Source: a virus
Lineage: Duplodnaviria > Caudoviricetes
Strand: one strand, 5' to 3'
IMG/VR virus record: IMGVR_UViG_3300025585_000044
Span: 1 to 62,316 of that record
Length of the DNA: 62,316 bases
Shown here: in pieces, positions 9,104-19,414 of the stretch
Numbering within the stretch: the stretch's first letter is position 1
Layout of the letters: each line of letters starts with the position of its first letter
Program-made: the position numbers and the translations under genes
Notes under the pieces: generated by a model
What the model was told of the DNA's origin: nothing
Seen by the model: the letters and a program-made list of their open reading frames with translations, nothing else
Database searches by the model: none

Positions 9104-10030
9104 TTAATGTGCGACCTTGCCTTCTTCACGCAGGCGCGTCAGTTCAAGCGCATACTCCTTCTCCGTCATGCCAAACATCTTCGCGTGCTCAGCCTGATCC
9201 TTTGTCAGCCTGATCACATTAGGACGCGACGTGCCGCGAGACACTGGGGCCGGAGGGGGCTGGGGGGCGCGCCGAGGGGCGACCGGCGCGGCGGCCTCCG
9301 ACATTGCGTTGTCTTCAGCCGCCTGCTTTCTTATGCCAAGCCGGTTTTCAATGTAGGCGAAGTATTCAGGGCTATCCGCCACAATGCCGTCTTCAACGGC
9401 ATCCTGATGCGCGCGAAACATCCGGCCAATTTTCTGCGCGTCCTGAAGATTTTCCCTATTTGCACGCAACCACGAAGCCGACCGCTCAGAAACACGCGAA
9501 GCCATATCCTCAATCGGATCGGCCGTGCGGGGCATAGGCTCAACAGGCTGGCGTTTTGCCCTCTCCACCGCCTCATCCATCGCCTCTTTCATTGCTCTTG
9601 CGCCGCGATTAAGCTCTGAGAGCTGCGACGCATTGACGGAAATAGCCTCCTGGATGTCCGCCAGCTTGTCATAATCGCCAACGCTCATTGCCTCTTTGTA
9701 GGCGGCCTTGAGGGTGTCTGACCGTTCCTTCAGTGTGCCGATTGCGTTGACGACAAGCTGGTAGTTGGCGTCCTCAACATGCCCTTGGGCCTGCTCGGCA
9801 TGCTGCGCAGCCAATCTGGCGCGGTGTTCAGCCTCCTGACGAGCCTTTTGCTCGGCCTCAAGGCGCCTTTTAAGCTCCTGAATGCCTTCCTGGGGCTCAA
9901 TTACCGGAGGCTTTTCCGATTTTGCCGCCGTTTCTGGCGTTTCGTCGACGATTTCTACTTGCGTTTCTTCTTTTTTCTCTTCCTTTGTCTCTTCAATAAC
10001 AACATCGACGTGATCATGATCTTCAGACAT
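9104..10030 (-). CDS. Capsid scaffolding protein
   Basis: Acidic N-terminus, coiled coil and C-terminal IRLT..Q...AK.FGMT..EYA; position upstream of capsid genes. Confidence 0.7.
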   Translation of the reverse strand: MSEDHDHVDVVIEETKEEKKEETQVEIVDETPETAAKSEKPPVIEPQEGIQELKRRLEAEQKARQEAEHRARLAAQHAEQAQGHVEDANYQLVVNAIGTLKERSDTLKAAYKEAMSVGDYDKLADIQEAISVNASQLSELNRGARAMKEAMDEAVERAKRQPVEPMPRTADPIEDMASRVSERSASWLRANRENLQDAQKIGRMFRAHQDAVEDGIVADSPEYFAYIENRLGIRKQAAEDNAMSEAAAPVAPRRAPQPPPAPVSRGTSRPNVIRLTKDQAEHAKMFGMTEKEYALELTRLREEGKVAH

Positions 10031-10042
10031 TACTTTTCTCCA

Positions 10043-10435
10043 TTACCACGCTGCGTCGGGAGACTGAATGCGCATCTGAACGTTTGTGTCCGACAAAACG
10101 CGGCACAAAACGCCATTTACTGTGATGCTCCAACCGTCAGATGGCCTGAAAACAAGCCAGTCATGAAGATTGAAGCTGGTTCCGCGAAACCACGCGCCAT
10201 TTTCGTCGGCAAAGGCATCCGGGCCGGCGCCAACAAGCAGGCCAACCTTCCCCTGGAACCGATCTTCATCGCGATATTTGTCGCTGAGATACAGGCCGCT
10301 CTTTGTTTTCTCCGGCCTGATGTAAACGGCGACAAGAATTTTGTTGTTGAACAACTCAATTTCCGACAAGTCGCCAAGGGCATCGATAAGCTTTTGCTTT
10401 GGATCGCCTTCGTGATCCATTATCAGGTTAGTCAT
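10043..10435 (-). CDS. groES: GroES-like co-chaperonin
   Basis: KILV...EKTKSGLYL mobile loop, G.LVG.GPDA, DW.VF. Confidence 0.75.
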   Translation of the reverse strand: MTNLIMDHEGDPKQKLIDALGDLSEIELFNNKILVAVYIRPEKTKSGLYLSDKYRDEDRFQGKVGLLVGAGPDAFADENGAWFRGTSFNLHDWLVFRPSDGWSITVNGVLCRVLSDTNVQMRIQSPDAAW

Positions 10436-10446
10436 GCGCTCACCCC

Positions 10447-10662
10447 TTAGTTTTCGCGCGGTTTGCCATCACAGATAGCCGAAGCCTCGGCCATCAGGTC
10501 CTTGACAGAGCGAAGCCCCGCCAACTTTCCGGCGACGTATTTGTAGTCGCTGAAATTTTCCAAAAATCCCAAAGAAAAGTTCTCTTTCATCCTCTCGACT
10601 TCTGCATCTATCAGCCGCTCAAGTTCCTGAGCAAACATATTGTTGCGCGTGTAAGTAGCCAC
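10447..10662 (-). CDS. Hypothetical protein
   Basis: 71 aa, DYKYVAGKLAGL motif, immediately upstream of GroES. Confidence 0.6.
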   Translation of the reverse strand: MATYTRNNMFAQELERLIDAEVERMKENFSLGFLENFSDYKYVAGKLAGLRSVKDLMAEASAICDGKPREN

Positions 10663-10742
10663 AATATCCCCCTATTGGTCGGGGTCGGAAGCCGAGAAGG
10701 GGGTCAAGGCCTCCGACCCCTTACAGCGAGTGGCCGCTGTAT

Positions 10743-11816
10743 CTACTTTGCCTTCGCAATATCGGTTTTCTGAAGGCGCCCCTCGCCGCTTGCGGCGCCA
10801 GCGGTCATATCCTTATAGGACTTGGCCACCTTGCTAATGCGCCCCCCGGACTTGCGGGCGGGGGCATCCTTGTGGCGTCGGGCGATTTCGGTCTTTTGCA
10901 GACGCCCCTCGCCGCTTGCCGCCCCGGCTTTCATGTCTTTGTAGGAGCTGGCGGCCTTGGTGATGCGCCCCCCGGCCTTGCGGCCCGGAACGGGCGGCAT
11001 TGGGGGCATGGGGCCAGCTCCGGCGGGCGGCATTGGAGGCATAGGCGGCATGGCTGCAGCCGGCGGCCCAGCCATTGGCGGCGGCGGCATCGGCATCGGC
11101 ATTGCCGCCGGCGGCGCCATTACATCAGCCGGAGGCATGCCTTGGCCCTTCCCCGCGGCAATAACAATATTGATGTTGGTCTTGCCCTTTCCGGAGGCGT
11201 GCTTCTTTCCCGCCTTCTTCATGCCGGCAACGTCCAACGCGGCGCCGCCCGTTGCGCGCCTCATGCGGCTGGCGGCCTGCGGGGGTTTGGCTTCGCCGCC
11301 CTTTTTATAGTGCCCCGCCGCCTCTCGTTTGGCGGATGGGTCAATTGCCCCGAGAGCCTTTTTGTCTTTAACGCCGCCGCCTGATTTGCGATTGGCGAGG
11401 TTAGCCATCATGGCTCCCTTCATCTGCTCGCCTGCGTCGCGTTCTTCATCGCGGCCGCCGCGCTGCGCAGATCGCAGCAGGCTGTAGGCCGGACTGATTT
11501 TTTCCAGGACGCCGCCGATGTTCTTTTTTGTTCGGCCGCCAGCCTTCATGCCGCCAACATGCTTGATGCCCGGACGGCTTTCGTTCGCCTCTTTGACATT
11601 GCGATTGACAATTTGCTTTGCGTAGCTGTCGCCCTCAACCTTGCCGCCGGACTTATAAGCGCGGCGTGACACCGGGCGCATGCCGGTTTTTACGTCGGCA
11701 TTGATTGGCTCTGCGGGAGACCAATCGGAGCTGTCGACCTTTTGGTCCTTGGCTCCCGCCCACTGACGAGCCTTTGATTTCATGGCCTCGCGGGCCTTTT
11801 TGGCAAGGTTAGACAT
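10743..11816 (-). CDS. Basic low-complexity internal virion protein with many xxxGG motifs
   Basis: 357 aa; YKSGG, MKAGG, RKSGG, YKKGG, RATGG, RKAGG; duplicated KDM.AGAASGEGRLQKT; RBS GGAG. Confidence 0.7.
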   Translation of the reverse strand: MSNLAKKAREAMKSKARQWAGAKDQKVDSSDWSPAEPINADVKTGMRPVSRRAYKSGGKVEGDSYAKQIVNRNVKEANESRPGIKHVGGMKAGGRTKKNIGGVLEKISPAYSLLRSAQRGGRDEERDAGEQMKGAMMANLANRKSGGGVKDKKALGAIDPSAKREAAGHYKKGGEAKPPQAASRMRRATGGAALDVAGMKKAGKKHASGKGKTNINIVIAAGKGQGMPPADVMAPPAAMPMPMPPPPMAGPPAAAMPPMPPMPPAGAGPMPPMPPVPGRKAGGRITKAASSYKDMKAGAASGEGRLQKTEIARRHKDAPARKSGGRISKVAKSYKDMTAGAASGEGRLQKTDIAKAK

Positions 11817-11833
11817 TTGTTACTCCGGCCAGA

Positions 11834-14800
11834 TTACCCGGGCGTCCCCGGCTCCACCTGATGACGTGGAAGATTGGATACTACATCAAGAGCGCGATTG
11901 ATTACAGAGCCGCCGCTTGAATAAAGCGTGCCTTGCAGGATGAGGTCTCTCGCCGTCTCGGGGGAAACGCGATAGTGACGCGCAACATTTCCGATATGCT
12001 GCGAAAGCATTTCAAGCTTCGGCGCCCCAATTGGGCTATCCACACCAGTGGCTCCGGACCCCGTCCCCCACAGTAGCGCCTGCGCAGGAACGGCCTCCAT
12101 CTCAAGCGGCCTTGCAACCTCTTCGCGGAACCACGGGCCGACGGGGCGATACTCGTTCATTTTCATGGAAACTGCCGGGTCCGCTGTCCTGCGGACATCC
12201 GGCATGCCGAGGATGCGCGTGTAATGTGCGTCGGGCACCGGAAGCCTGGTCTGAAAACCAGTGGCCGGCACACCGGATGATTGCGCATACAGCGTCACCT
12301 TTGGGCTGCCCATGTCGACGACGCCCGTTCGCATGTATCTCTCCCAGGGGCCAGCTTGCGACGTTGAGTGAACCTTGTGCCCAAGCATGCGCTCACGCAT
12401 GTATGCCGGAAGAATGCCCCCAATGGCTTCACTGGGCTTGCCGCCTCCGCGAATAAAGTCCTCAAATCGCCCCTGCAGCGCAAGATGATATGCCCCGAGG
12501 CCGCGATTGATTTCCGTCGGCACGCTACTGGCCGGCGACATCATCGCAATCGACGTGTTCAGGAGATTGTATCTGTTGCGCGCCTCGTCGGGATCGAACA
12601 TCTGCTCAAGACGCGCATGAACCGGGTCCATGTAATACCACGGCATCATGCCTGTTCTTAACCCTGGCTGCTTGCGCCCTTCTTCCAAAATGCTTTGCAG
12701 GCGCCCGGCGTTTTCAGGAACCATGACGCCTTCTGCGGCGTAATTAACTCCGCGGGGATTTGCCGAGCCGGCGGCCAGGACAGGCTCCCTATTGCCCGGG
12801 CGCGAGCCAGCAATGTTAAACATGTCTTCCCGGGTGACGCCCCACAGGCGCTTCAGCAACGGATCCTCGGGGGCGACGCGGCTTTCGGCTTCCTCAGCCA
12901 GCAGTCGAGGGTTTTTGTAGACGTCAGGGAAAAGCGGTGCCTCATTAACCATACCACGAACGGTTGGCTTGCCTTCCGACGTAATAAGCTTTGCCGCCTT
13001 GATCGCTTGCTCAATAATTTTTCCGCCGCCTGCAAAACCATGGCGACGCACATCTCGCGGCCCGGCAAACAGCGGCGCAACCGCATAGGTCCACAAAGCC
13101 ATGCGGCGGAAGAAGTCATCGTCGTCCGCGCGCGGCACAACGCCCCCTGACGCAAATCCGGCCTCAGGGAAACGCTCCATAATAGTTGTTCCCATGTTTG
13201 ACCGCACCGGATCATACTGCTCAATTCGACGAATGCCGGCGCGCTCAAGAAGCGGCCCCAGCTCGCTGGCCCTCGAAGCCGGGATAGCGGCGCCGACAAA
13301 CTCATCCGACAAACTAACCGCGCGCCCGGGCTTGGCCTCGAAATATTTCGCAGGCATCTCCGCAAGACTTGTGATGTGCCGCCCAACGCGTTTTTCCTGC
13401 TCGGGCGATATTTCCGGGTAATGAGAGCGTATTCGCGAAAAAAACGGCAGACCCCTCTGCCCCGGTTCGGCAGCCCGGCGGGCCTCTATGGCGTCAAGAA
13501 TAGCGTGGCCAAAGTGATCGTCCGCCTTGCCCCGACCGCCCAAGGCCTCTGAGAGCGCTGCGTGCTCCCTGCTGACGTCAAAAAGTCGCTGGCCAAAAAT
13601 TCCGGGCGGCACAAGCCGCTCGCGGGCGGCCTGAAGATCCTGCATTGTTTTGTATCGAGGCGTCAGGGTAGATATAATATAACCAACGTCCGCCTCATCC
13701 GGACGCTTGGCTCCAGGCAGCATGAACTCCCCGCCAATAACGGGCCTGGCGTTCATCTCGGCGAGCAAATTTTCCATTGTGCCAGGCATCGGGCGATCAT
13801 GCAGCATGCTGAAAAATCCCCGGCCCTCAAATGCATTGGGGTCACTGGGCGAGAACATGGTGCGCTCATATTCCCTCGTATTCGGAACGCGAGGCGACCA
13901 GATATCCTGCCCATAAACGGGCGACTTGGCCGTTGGGCTAAATTTCTCAGGCTTGCCGACAAGGGCAATCGGACCGAAATCAGAAAGATCACTGGTTGTC
14001 GGCGTTGATACCGCCATGCTTGGCGCCGGCAATCCGCCGGTTTCGATGGCCCTTTTAAGATTTAGCGGGTCAATATTGTGAGTGAAGAACATCCTTTTGG
14101 TGTAGGGGATGAACTCCTCTGCGGCCTTCAAGGCGGCTCCGATCAGCGCCGCCTTGCCGCCACCTTCGTATTTGGCGCGGCCGCCGCTCTCTCTTTTGTT
14201 GAGAATAAACTGCTCAATATCCGCACCAACAGGCGGAGGCTCTTCCGTCGCCCACGGCGCCATCACGCCCGTCTTTTGATCAGCGTAATGGGTTTCCGCG
14301 CCGGAGGCGGCGCGATTGCGCTCGGCCATCGGGCCAAAATTAACCCAGCTGTTCTGCCCGCGCGTTTCTGACGCCAACGCCGGCACGGCCTCAGGCGAGA
14401 ACATGCGTTTGTGCAGCTGATACGCCCGCTCCTCGCCCGGGGCGCGGAAGAACGGGTTGCCGGGGCCAAAGTGCCCGTAAAGATCGTGGATGACGCGGAA
14501 GGCGTCGTTGACGACCGCATCCGGCTTGTCGCCCACTTGCCCCGCGCCCTTCAGGAGAACGTTGGTTGCGTTCAGGCCGCCCGTGCTGCCGAAGCCCTGC
14601 TCGGTCGGGAACACGAACAGGCGGCCGCGATTGACAATGTCCTCGTATCCAAGGCCCGGGCTTGCCGCGTAGGGGTCCGCCTGCCCGGGTTTCAGGAACC
14701 TGATGTCCAGCCCGAGATCCTTTGCGGCGCGATACTGCGCCATTGTCTCATCCGCCAGGGCCTCAAAGGCGCGGCGCACAACGGGGTCTTTTGGCGCGTG

Positions 14801-16732
14801 CCGCATGCCTTCATATTCGCGGGCGACGCGCTCGGAAAACTCCGGGTTGATCGGGACGACCGGGGCGTCGTGCGCGGGGCCGGCAAAGCGCCGGGAAATG
14901 CTTTCAATCGGCTCGATGGGTCGCGGCTCGACGCGGCCAATGCCGGGGAGATTGACGACGCCCGGGAACCCCTTGCGCGGCACATAGCCTGATCCCTCGG
15001 GCAAAAGCTTGCCGAGAAGCTTTGCAATCGGTCCACCGCCTGCCTTCTTGATGGTCGGCAAGAGCGCAGGGCCAAAGGCTGGCGGCGGAACCCCGGCCCG
15101 CTTGCGCGCCTCGGCCTCAAGGGCGAACTGCATCATGTCTTCCTCAAGAGCCTCTTGCTCAGGGGAGAGAGATGGGCGCGGCTCTGCCGGCAACGGCTCA
15201 CGACGAAGCTGGCGAGCCAGCTCAATCGCCCGCTCGCGCTCTGCTTCCCACCGGGGGCCAGGAAGGTTTCCGAGCGGCCTCGATGTTACCGGCAAAACAT
15301 TCACCGGGTAATTGGGGTCAAACGGAAAACGGACGCGGCGCTCAGGCATCGTCAGCTCAAGACGCTCGCCGGGCAGGCGGGCTGACCACTCTCCAAGCGT
15401 GCGGAGATACTGCTCATGCGCCGTTGGGTGCGTCGCGTAAATATCGTCTATGCCACGGCGCAAAAACTCTGCCTCTTGAGCCAACTCCTCCGCGCCCTTG
15501 TGCGTGTGATGAGTAGAGCCGCCGACAATCGGGATGCCTCTGGCCCCGGCAATAACTTTCGCATCGAGCGGATCAATGCCGGGGTTCTCCCGCATAATCT
15601 CCTGAAGCTTCATGGCGCCAAGGAGCTGGGACAGCCGCTCCTCATGAGGCCGGGCGACGGCCTCAGGTCCCTTAAACATCTCAGTCCGCGCACCCGGCGA
15701 CATGCCTTCAATGTTCTGGATGCGGTGCTGATGCTCATGAAGCAGCGTTTTCATTAGCTGGCGGTCACCAAGCCGCTCATTGATGCCGATATAATCCAAA
15801 AGCGGCGAGTAATAGCCGCGCTCCCCCTCTTCCTTCGGAAGATAAGGCGTAACCTTCGTCGTGTAGGACGAGGGGTAGCGATCATATACCTCAGGGTGCG
15901 ACAAAATGTCGCCAAGAGACATTGTTTCACCCGTTCTGAACCTGGCCAGGCCCTGCGGGATCAGGCGGGCGCCTTCGTCGGAAAGCTCGCTGACCATGCG
16001 TCCGGAGGGGTCGGGAGCCCAGTCGTATTGCCGCCAGACGTCCTGCGGGCGATCAACGTTCAGATACTTGCGTGAAAGCTCAAGGGCGCGGCGCAGAGAC
16101 GGCGTCAGGCGAGCCGCCTCGCCAATGAAGGTGGCTTTGGCCTCTTCCGGCCCGGCTTGGCTGGCCAAAGCCGCGCCTGCGTATTTGGCGTATTTACCGC
16201 CCGGCAAAAAAGCGGACGCCAGAGACGCCTCAATTGGTCGTCCTTCCGCTACCGACTTTGTAAAATCAAAAACACCCATTGGGGCGCGGGTCGCCGGGTA
16301 CGCATATGCAGCAAGCTTGGCTGCTTCTATAGCGCTTCCTATGCCCTCCACGGCCTGACGGCGCTCAACGGACGGGCGGCCATAGTCCAGCCCCAGCATT
16401 TTGTCTCTAGCCTTTTCCCAGAAAGACTGCTCCGGCCCGGCCTTCAGCGGCATCCCGACATTGGAAGAAACAAGAGGTCCACGACCGTATTTTGCAAGCC
16501 CTTTTGCAATTTCCCTGTCGCCAATTTCGGCAATTTGGTTTTGCATCATGTCAGATACGACGGGCTTTGGGGGCTCTTTGTATTGAGGCGCAATGGCCCC
16601 AACATCAATGGGAGGAAGCTGTTTTGGGGCGCCACCGCTCTCCATCACCTGCCTGCCGACATGCGGCAGGTAGTGCGTGGGATACTCGTCTTCGAGCAAC
16701 TTCACGGGAGGCGTGCGGGTATCCTTGATCAT
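11834..16732 (-). CDS. Large polyvalent (multi-domain) protein, probably injected; HExxH zincin-like and HhH-glycosylase-like domains
   Basis: Start reassigned to 16732 (MIKDT), just after the portal stop. Motifs LLHEHQHRIQ..EG; FR..HD..GH...ETRGQNSWVN; WY...SP...PKV...DAH..R...QA.LW. Confidence 0.7.
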   Translation of the reverse strand: MIKDTRTPPVKLLEDEYPTHYLPHVGRQVMESGGAPKQLPPIDVGAIAPQYKEPPKPVVSDMMQNQIAEIGDREIAKGLAKYGRGPLVSSNVGMPLKAGPEQSFWEKARDKMLGLDYGRPSVERRQAVEGIGSAIEAAKLAAYAYPATRAPMGVFDFTKSVAEGRPIEASLASAFLPGGKYAKYAGAALASQAGPEEAKATFIGEAARLTPSLRRALELSRKYLNVDRPQDVWRQYDWAPDPSGRMVSELSDEGARLIPQGLARFRTGETMSLGDILSHPEVYDRYPSSYTTKVTPYLPKEEGERGYYSPLLDYIGINERLGDRQLMKTLLHEHQHRIQNIEGMSPGARTEMFKGPEAVARPHEERLSQLLGAMKLQEIMRENPGIDPLDAKVIAGARGIPIVGGSTHHTHKGAEELAQEAEFLRRGIDDIYATHPTAHEQYLRTLGEWSARLPGERLELTMPERRVRFPFDPNYPVNVLPVTSRPLGNLPGPRWEAERERAIELARQLRREPLPAEPRPSLSPEQEALEEDMMQFALEAEARKRAGVPPPAFGPALLPTIKKAGGGPIAKLLGKLLPEGSGYVPRKGFPGVVNLPGIGRVEPRPIEPIESISRRFAGPAHDAPVVPINPEFSERVAREYEGMRHAPKDPVVRRAFEALADETMAQYRAAKDLGLDIRFLKPGQADPYAASPGLGYEDIVNRGRLFVFPTEQGFGSTGGLNATNVLLKGAGQVGDKPDAVVNDAFRVIHDLYGHFGPGNPFFRAPGEERAYQLHKRMFSPEAVPALASETRGQNSWVNFGPMAERNRAASGAETHYADQKTGVMAPWATEEPPPVGADIEQFILNKRESGGRAKYEGGGKAALIGAALKAAEEFIPYTKRMFFTHNIDPLNLKRAIETGGLPAPSMAVSTPTTSDLSDFGPIALVGKPEKFSPTAKSPVYGQDIWSPRVPNTREYERTMFSPSDPNAFEGRGFFSMLHDRPMPGTMENLLAEMNARPVIGGEFMLPGAKRPDEADVGYIISTLTPRYKTMQDLQAARERLVPPGIFGQRLFDVSREHAALSEALGGRGKADDHFGHAILDAIEARRAAEPGQRGLPFFSRIRSHYPEISPEQEKRVGRHITSLAEMPAKYFEAKPGRAVSLSDEFVGAAIPASRASELGPLLERAGIRRIEQYDPVRSNMGTTIMERFPEAGFASGGVVPRADDDDFFRRMALWTYAVAPLFAGPRDVRRHGFAGGGKIIEQAIKAAKLITSEGKPTVRGMVNEAPLFPDVYKNPRLLAEEAESRVAPEDPLLKRLWGVTREDMFNIAGSRPGNREPVLAAGSANPRGVNYAAEGVMVPENAGRLQSILEEGRKQPGLRTGMMPWYYMDPVHARLEQMFDPDEARNRYNLLNTSIAMMSPASSVPTEINRGLGAYHLALQGRFEDFIRGGGKPSEAIGGILPAYMRERMLGHKVHSTSQAGPWERYMRTGVVDMGSPKVTLYAQSSGVPATGFQTRLPVPDAHYTRILGMPDVRRTADPAVSMKMNEYRPVGPWFREEVARPLEMEAVPAQALLWGTGSGATGVDSPIGAPKLEMLSQHIGNVARHYRVSPETARDLILQGTLYSSGGSVINRALDVVSNLPRHQVEPGTPG

Positions 16733-16736
16733 TGGC

Positions 16737-19172
16737 TTACTCCAGCCCGGAAATGCTCGGAGGAGGCGTGTCTTCCCTGCTCTCAAGCGTCCTTAGCAAA
16801 TCAGGGCTAAGGATCTTCTTCATCTCGGCGTAGCCGCCCGGCGTCTTCATGACGTCCTGCGCCAGCTTCACCGCCGCAATGCGCTCAGAGCTCTCGCGAT
16901 CCTTTTGCCGGTTCCAGTTGTCCAGCTCATTGTCCTTCTGGTCGATCAGGTTCTGGCGCATTTTGGCGGTGATGTCGGCCTGCTGCATTTGCATGTCCAT
17001 GCCGGATTGCCGCATCGCCTGCTCAAGTTCCATGCGCTTCAATTCAAGGTCCATTTCCTTCTGGCGGATCTCGGCCTGCTTCATCTGGATGTCGATAATC
17101 TTATTGGGATCAAGCTGCTGGCCGTCCTGCCCGGCGGCGCCCATCTCGCTCTGGATTTTGGCGACCTCGGCCTGCGCCAGCATCTGCTTTGTGTCTGCTT
17201 CCTGCTTCTTGATTTGCAGCTCAGCCATTTTTGCCTGCGCCTCGGGCGGCGGCACAGGCGCAGACGGCGCGGCAATGAATTGCTCAGGGTTGCTCCACCC
17301 CATCGCCTTCATGGCGGCGCGATCAATTGCCACGGCGTCATACATGCTCGGGTTCGCCTGTTGCAGCTGCTTAAGCGCCATGATCTTCATTACGCGCTGG
17401 GTGTGGCTTGCAGTGTTTGGGTCCGCTTGCGGAACGAGCTCGTAATTGTTGATCGCCTGATTGAAGATGCTCTCGTTCCACTCAAGCGATGGCCCGCGCA
17501 ACTTCTTCCAGAAACTATTTGGATGCTCCCTGAAGCAGCGCAACATTAGCTGGAACTCATCCGCCTGCGCGGCATGCATCCGCTTATGGACCGCGTTCAT
17601 AACCTTTGTCGCCTGATCGATCAAAGCCAGCGTCGTCCCGACCGGGGCGTCCTGCCGCCCCTCGCCAACGGCCAGCTCCGCCGTTCCCCCAACGCGCTGC
17701 CCTGTCTCGACCATGTTGCTGACCAGCGTCATCATGGCGCCGCCCGGCTCCTTGTATGGGAGCGGCATGATCGCCTGATTGATCGGCAGGCCGCCCGTCT
17801 TCACAAGGGCGCCACCGCCGGGCGGAACGCGGAAGATGTTCGTGTTCTGGCGGGCGCCGGTGTCGGCCATCAGGAAGCCGGGGAAATTGGCATACATGCC
17901 GGCGTCGAGCATTTCGCGCCACGCCGCCGTCACGGCGTTGGTCGTGTTCCCGAGGATGTGGAGAAGGCCGATATCGTAGAAGCCCATGCCGGGCACAAAT
18001 GTGTATTTGACAAAGTTCTGGCGCGCCTCCGGCAACTCGTCGCCTTCGTCGCCCGTTGGCTCGTCATAATTTCTGACAATGGAAAGGACTTCCCGGGAAG
18101 ACAAATCGATAGTTACGCGATACGGGATTTCAAGTCCGGTGAGCTGGCCCCTGTATTTATGCTCAAAGCCGGGGATATCGAGCTCGCAGTAAATTTCATA
18201 AATCTCGCGCTCACGATCCTCCGGATTACGCGCCTCGACGGCAATGCCTTGCTGCTCGGCTTTCTCCCTCTGCACGGCGTCATGCGCCTCGAACATTGGC
18301 GTCGCCAGATCAATGTCGCGGTAGACGCCAAGGATTTGCAGCCTGCGCACCGTCGACGCCTTGGCGTAAACGCGATGCGTTATCCGCTTGGCGTCCTGAA
18401 GGGTCGTCGCGGAATTGTTAACGATGAGGTCATCCGCATCCACCGTTTCGCTGACCGGGCGACCGCGCAAGGGGCAGAAGTAAACCTTCTTGAATGCGGT
18501 CCCGCCGAAACCCAGCATAAACAACATCCTGTCAGTATCAGGATAGTATTCTTTGGCGACAGCGGTGAGGTAGGCATTGAAATCCTTTTCCAGCGCGTCC
18601 GCCAGAAAGTCCGTCTGGATCGTTGTGCCGATACTGTCGACGCGCACCTTCACCGGCCCGTCGGTCGGCAGCATCTCGGATCGGCTATTCGCCTGAAAGC
18701 GGAGGACGGCCTCAAGCAAAAGCGGGTGGCGGACGCGGCTCATGCCCTCAACCGGGGCTCCGTCGGTGGCGCCCTGTAGCCCGGGGATTTCGACGGTGAG
18801 GCCGAGGAGCTTTATGCCCTGCGCCCGATCCTCAATCCAGTCCTTCCTGCTTTCAATGTCATCCCGCACGCCGCGCAGGAGGTCGTCGGCGATCAGGTTA
18901 AGCGTTCCGGCGTCAATGTCATCGACCAGGTTGGCAAACCACTCCTGCGCCCGCTCGGCTCTTGATGCCTCCTCAATTGGTTTGCCGTCAAGTGACAGGC
19001 TGACGGATCCATCGTCGTGCTCGATCCGCATAATGTTGCCGCGGTCGTCGGTGTCGATCTTTGGGCTGCCTTCAGAAATTTCAATTACGACATCTTCCGC
19101 CGGCGCGAGCCCCGCCTCCGGCTCATCCTGCTGGAGGCGGAGATTGGGATTGAGCCCCGGCGTCATCGGCAT
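16737..19172 (-). CDS. Portal protein
   Basis: 811 aa after the terminase; HPLLLEAV.RFQA, G.AFKKVY, PG.GFY..GL.H; long Gln-rich coiled-coil barrel. Confidence 0.85.
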   Translation of the reverse strand: MPMTPGLNPNLRLQQDEPEAGLAPAEDVVIEISEGSPKIDTDDRGNIMRIEHDDGSVSLSLDGKPIEEASRAERAQEWFANLVDDIDAGTLNLIADDLLRGVRDDIESRKDWIEDRAQGIKLLGLTVEIPGLQGATDGAPVEGMSRVRHPLLLEAVLRFQANSRSEMLPTDGPVKVRVDSIGTTIQTDFLADALEKDFNAYLTAVAKEYYPDTDRMLFMLGFGGTAFKKVYFCPLRGRPVSETVDADDLIVNNSATTLQDAKRITHRVYAKASTVRRLQILGVYRDIDLATPMFEAHDAVQREKAEQQGIAVEARNPEDREREIYEIYCELDIPGFEHKYRGQLTGLEIPYRVTIDLSSREVLSIVRNYDEPTGDEGDELPEARQNFVKYTFVPGMGFYDIGLLHILGNTTNAVTAAWREMLDAGMYANFPGFLMADTGARQNTNIFRVPPGGGALVKTGGLPINQAIMPLPYKEPGGAMMTLVSNMVETGQRVGGTAELAVGEGRQDAPVGTTLALIDQATKVMNAVHKRMHAAQADEFQLMLRCFREHPNSFWKKLRGPSLEWNESIFNQAINNYELVPQADPNTASHTQRVMKIMALKQLQQANPSMYDAVAIDRAAMKAMGWSNPEQFIAAPSAPVPPPEAQAKMAELQIKKQEADTKQMLAQAEVAKIQSEMGAAGQDGQQLDPNKIIDIQMKQAEIRQKEMDLELKRMELEQAMRQSGMDMQMQQADITAKMRQNLIDQKDNELDNWNRQKDRESSERIAAVKLAQDVMKTPGGYAEMKKILSPDLLRTLESREDTPPPSISGLE

Positions 19173-19173
19173 G

Positions 19174-19398
19174 TCAGTGTTCCTGCTTGTCTAACAGATC
19201 GCCAATTTCTTCTGTGAAACGATCTAACCCCTCGCGAGCGGCCATATTAGCATCTCGCGCGGCAATTTCATATACGCGCACATAGTCGTGGGGTTCCTTC
19301 CCCCACGCCTCAACGCGATAAATACTAAGCTCTCTGGAGGCCGGTGGCGCCTCGCGGATGACGTCCACGACAGCGTTGGCCAGTATCCGGCGCCGCAT
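19174..19398 (-). CDS. Hypothetical protein
   Basis: 74 aa from MRRRILAN, between terminase and portal. Confidence 0.55.
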   Translation of the reverse strand: MRRRILANAVVDVIREAPPASRELSIYRVEAWGKEPHDYVRVYEIAARDANMAAREGLDRFTEEIGDLLDKQEH

Positions 19399-19414
19399 CT
19401 TCTTGCCCCCGTAA

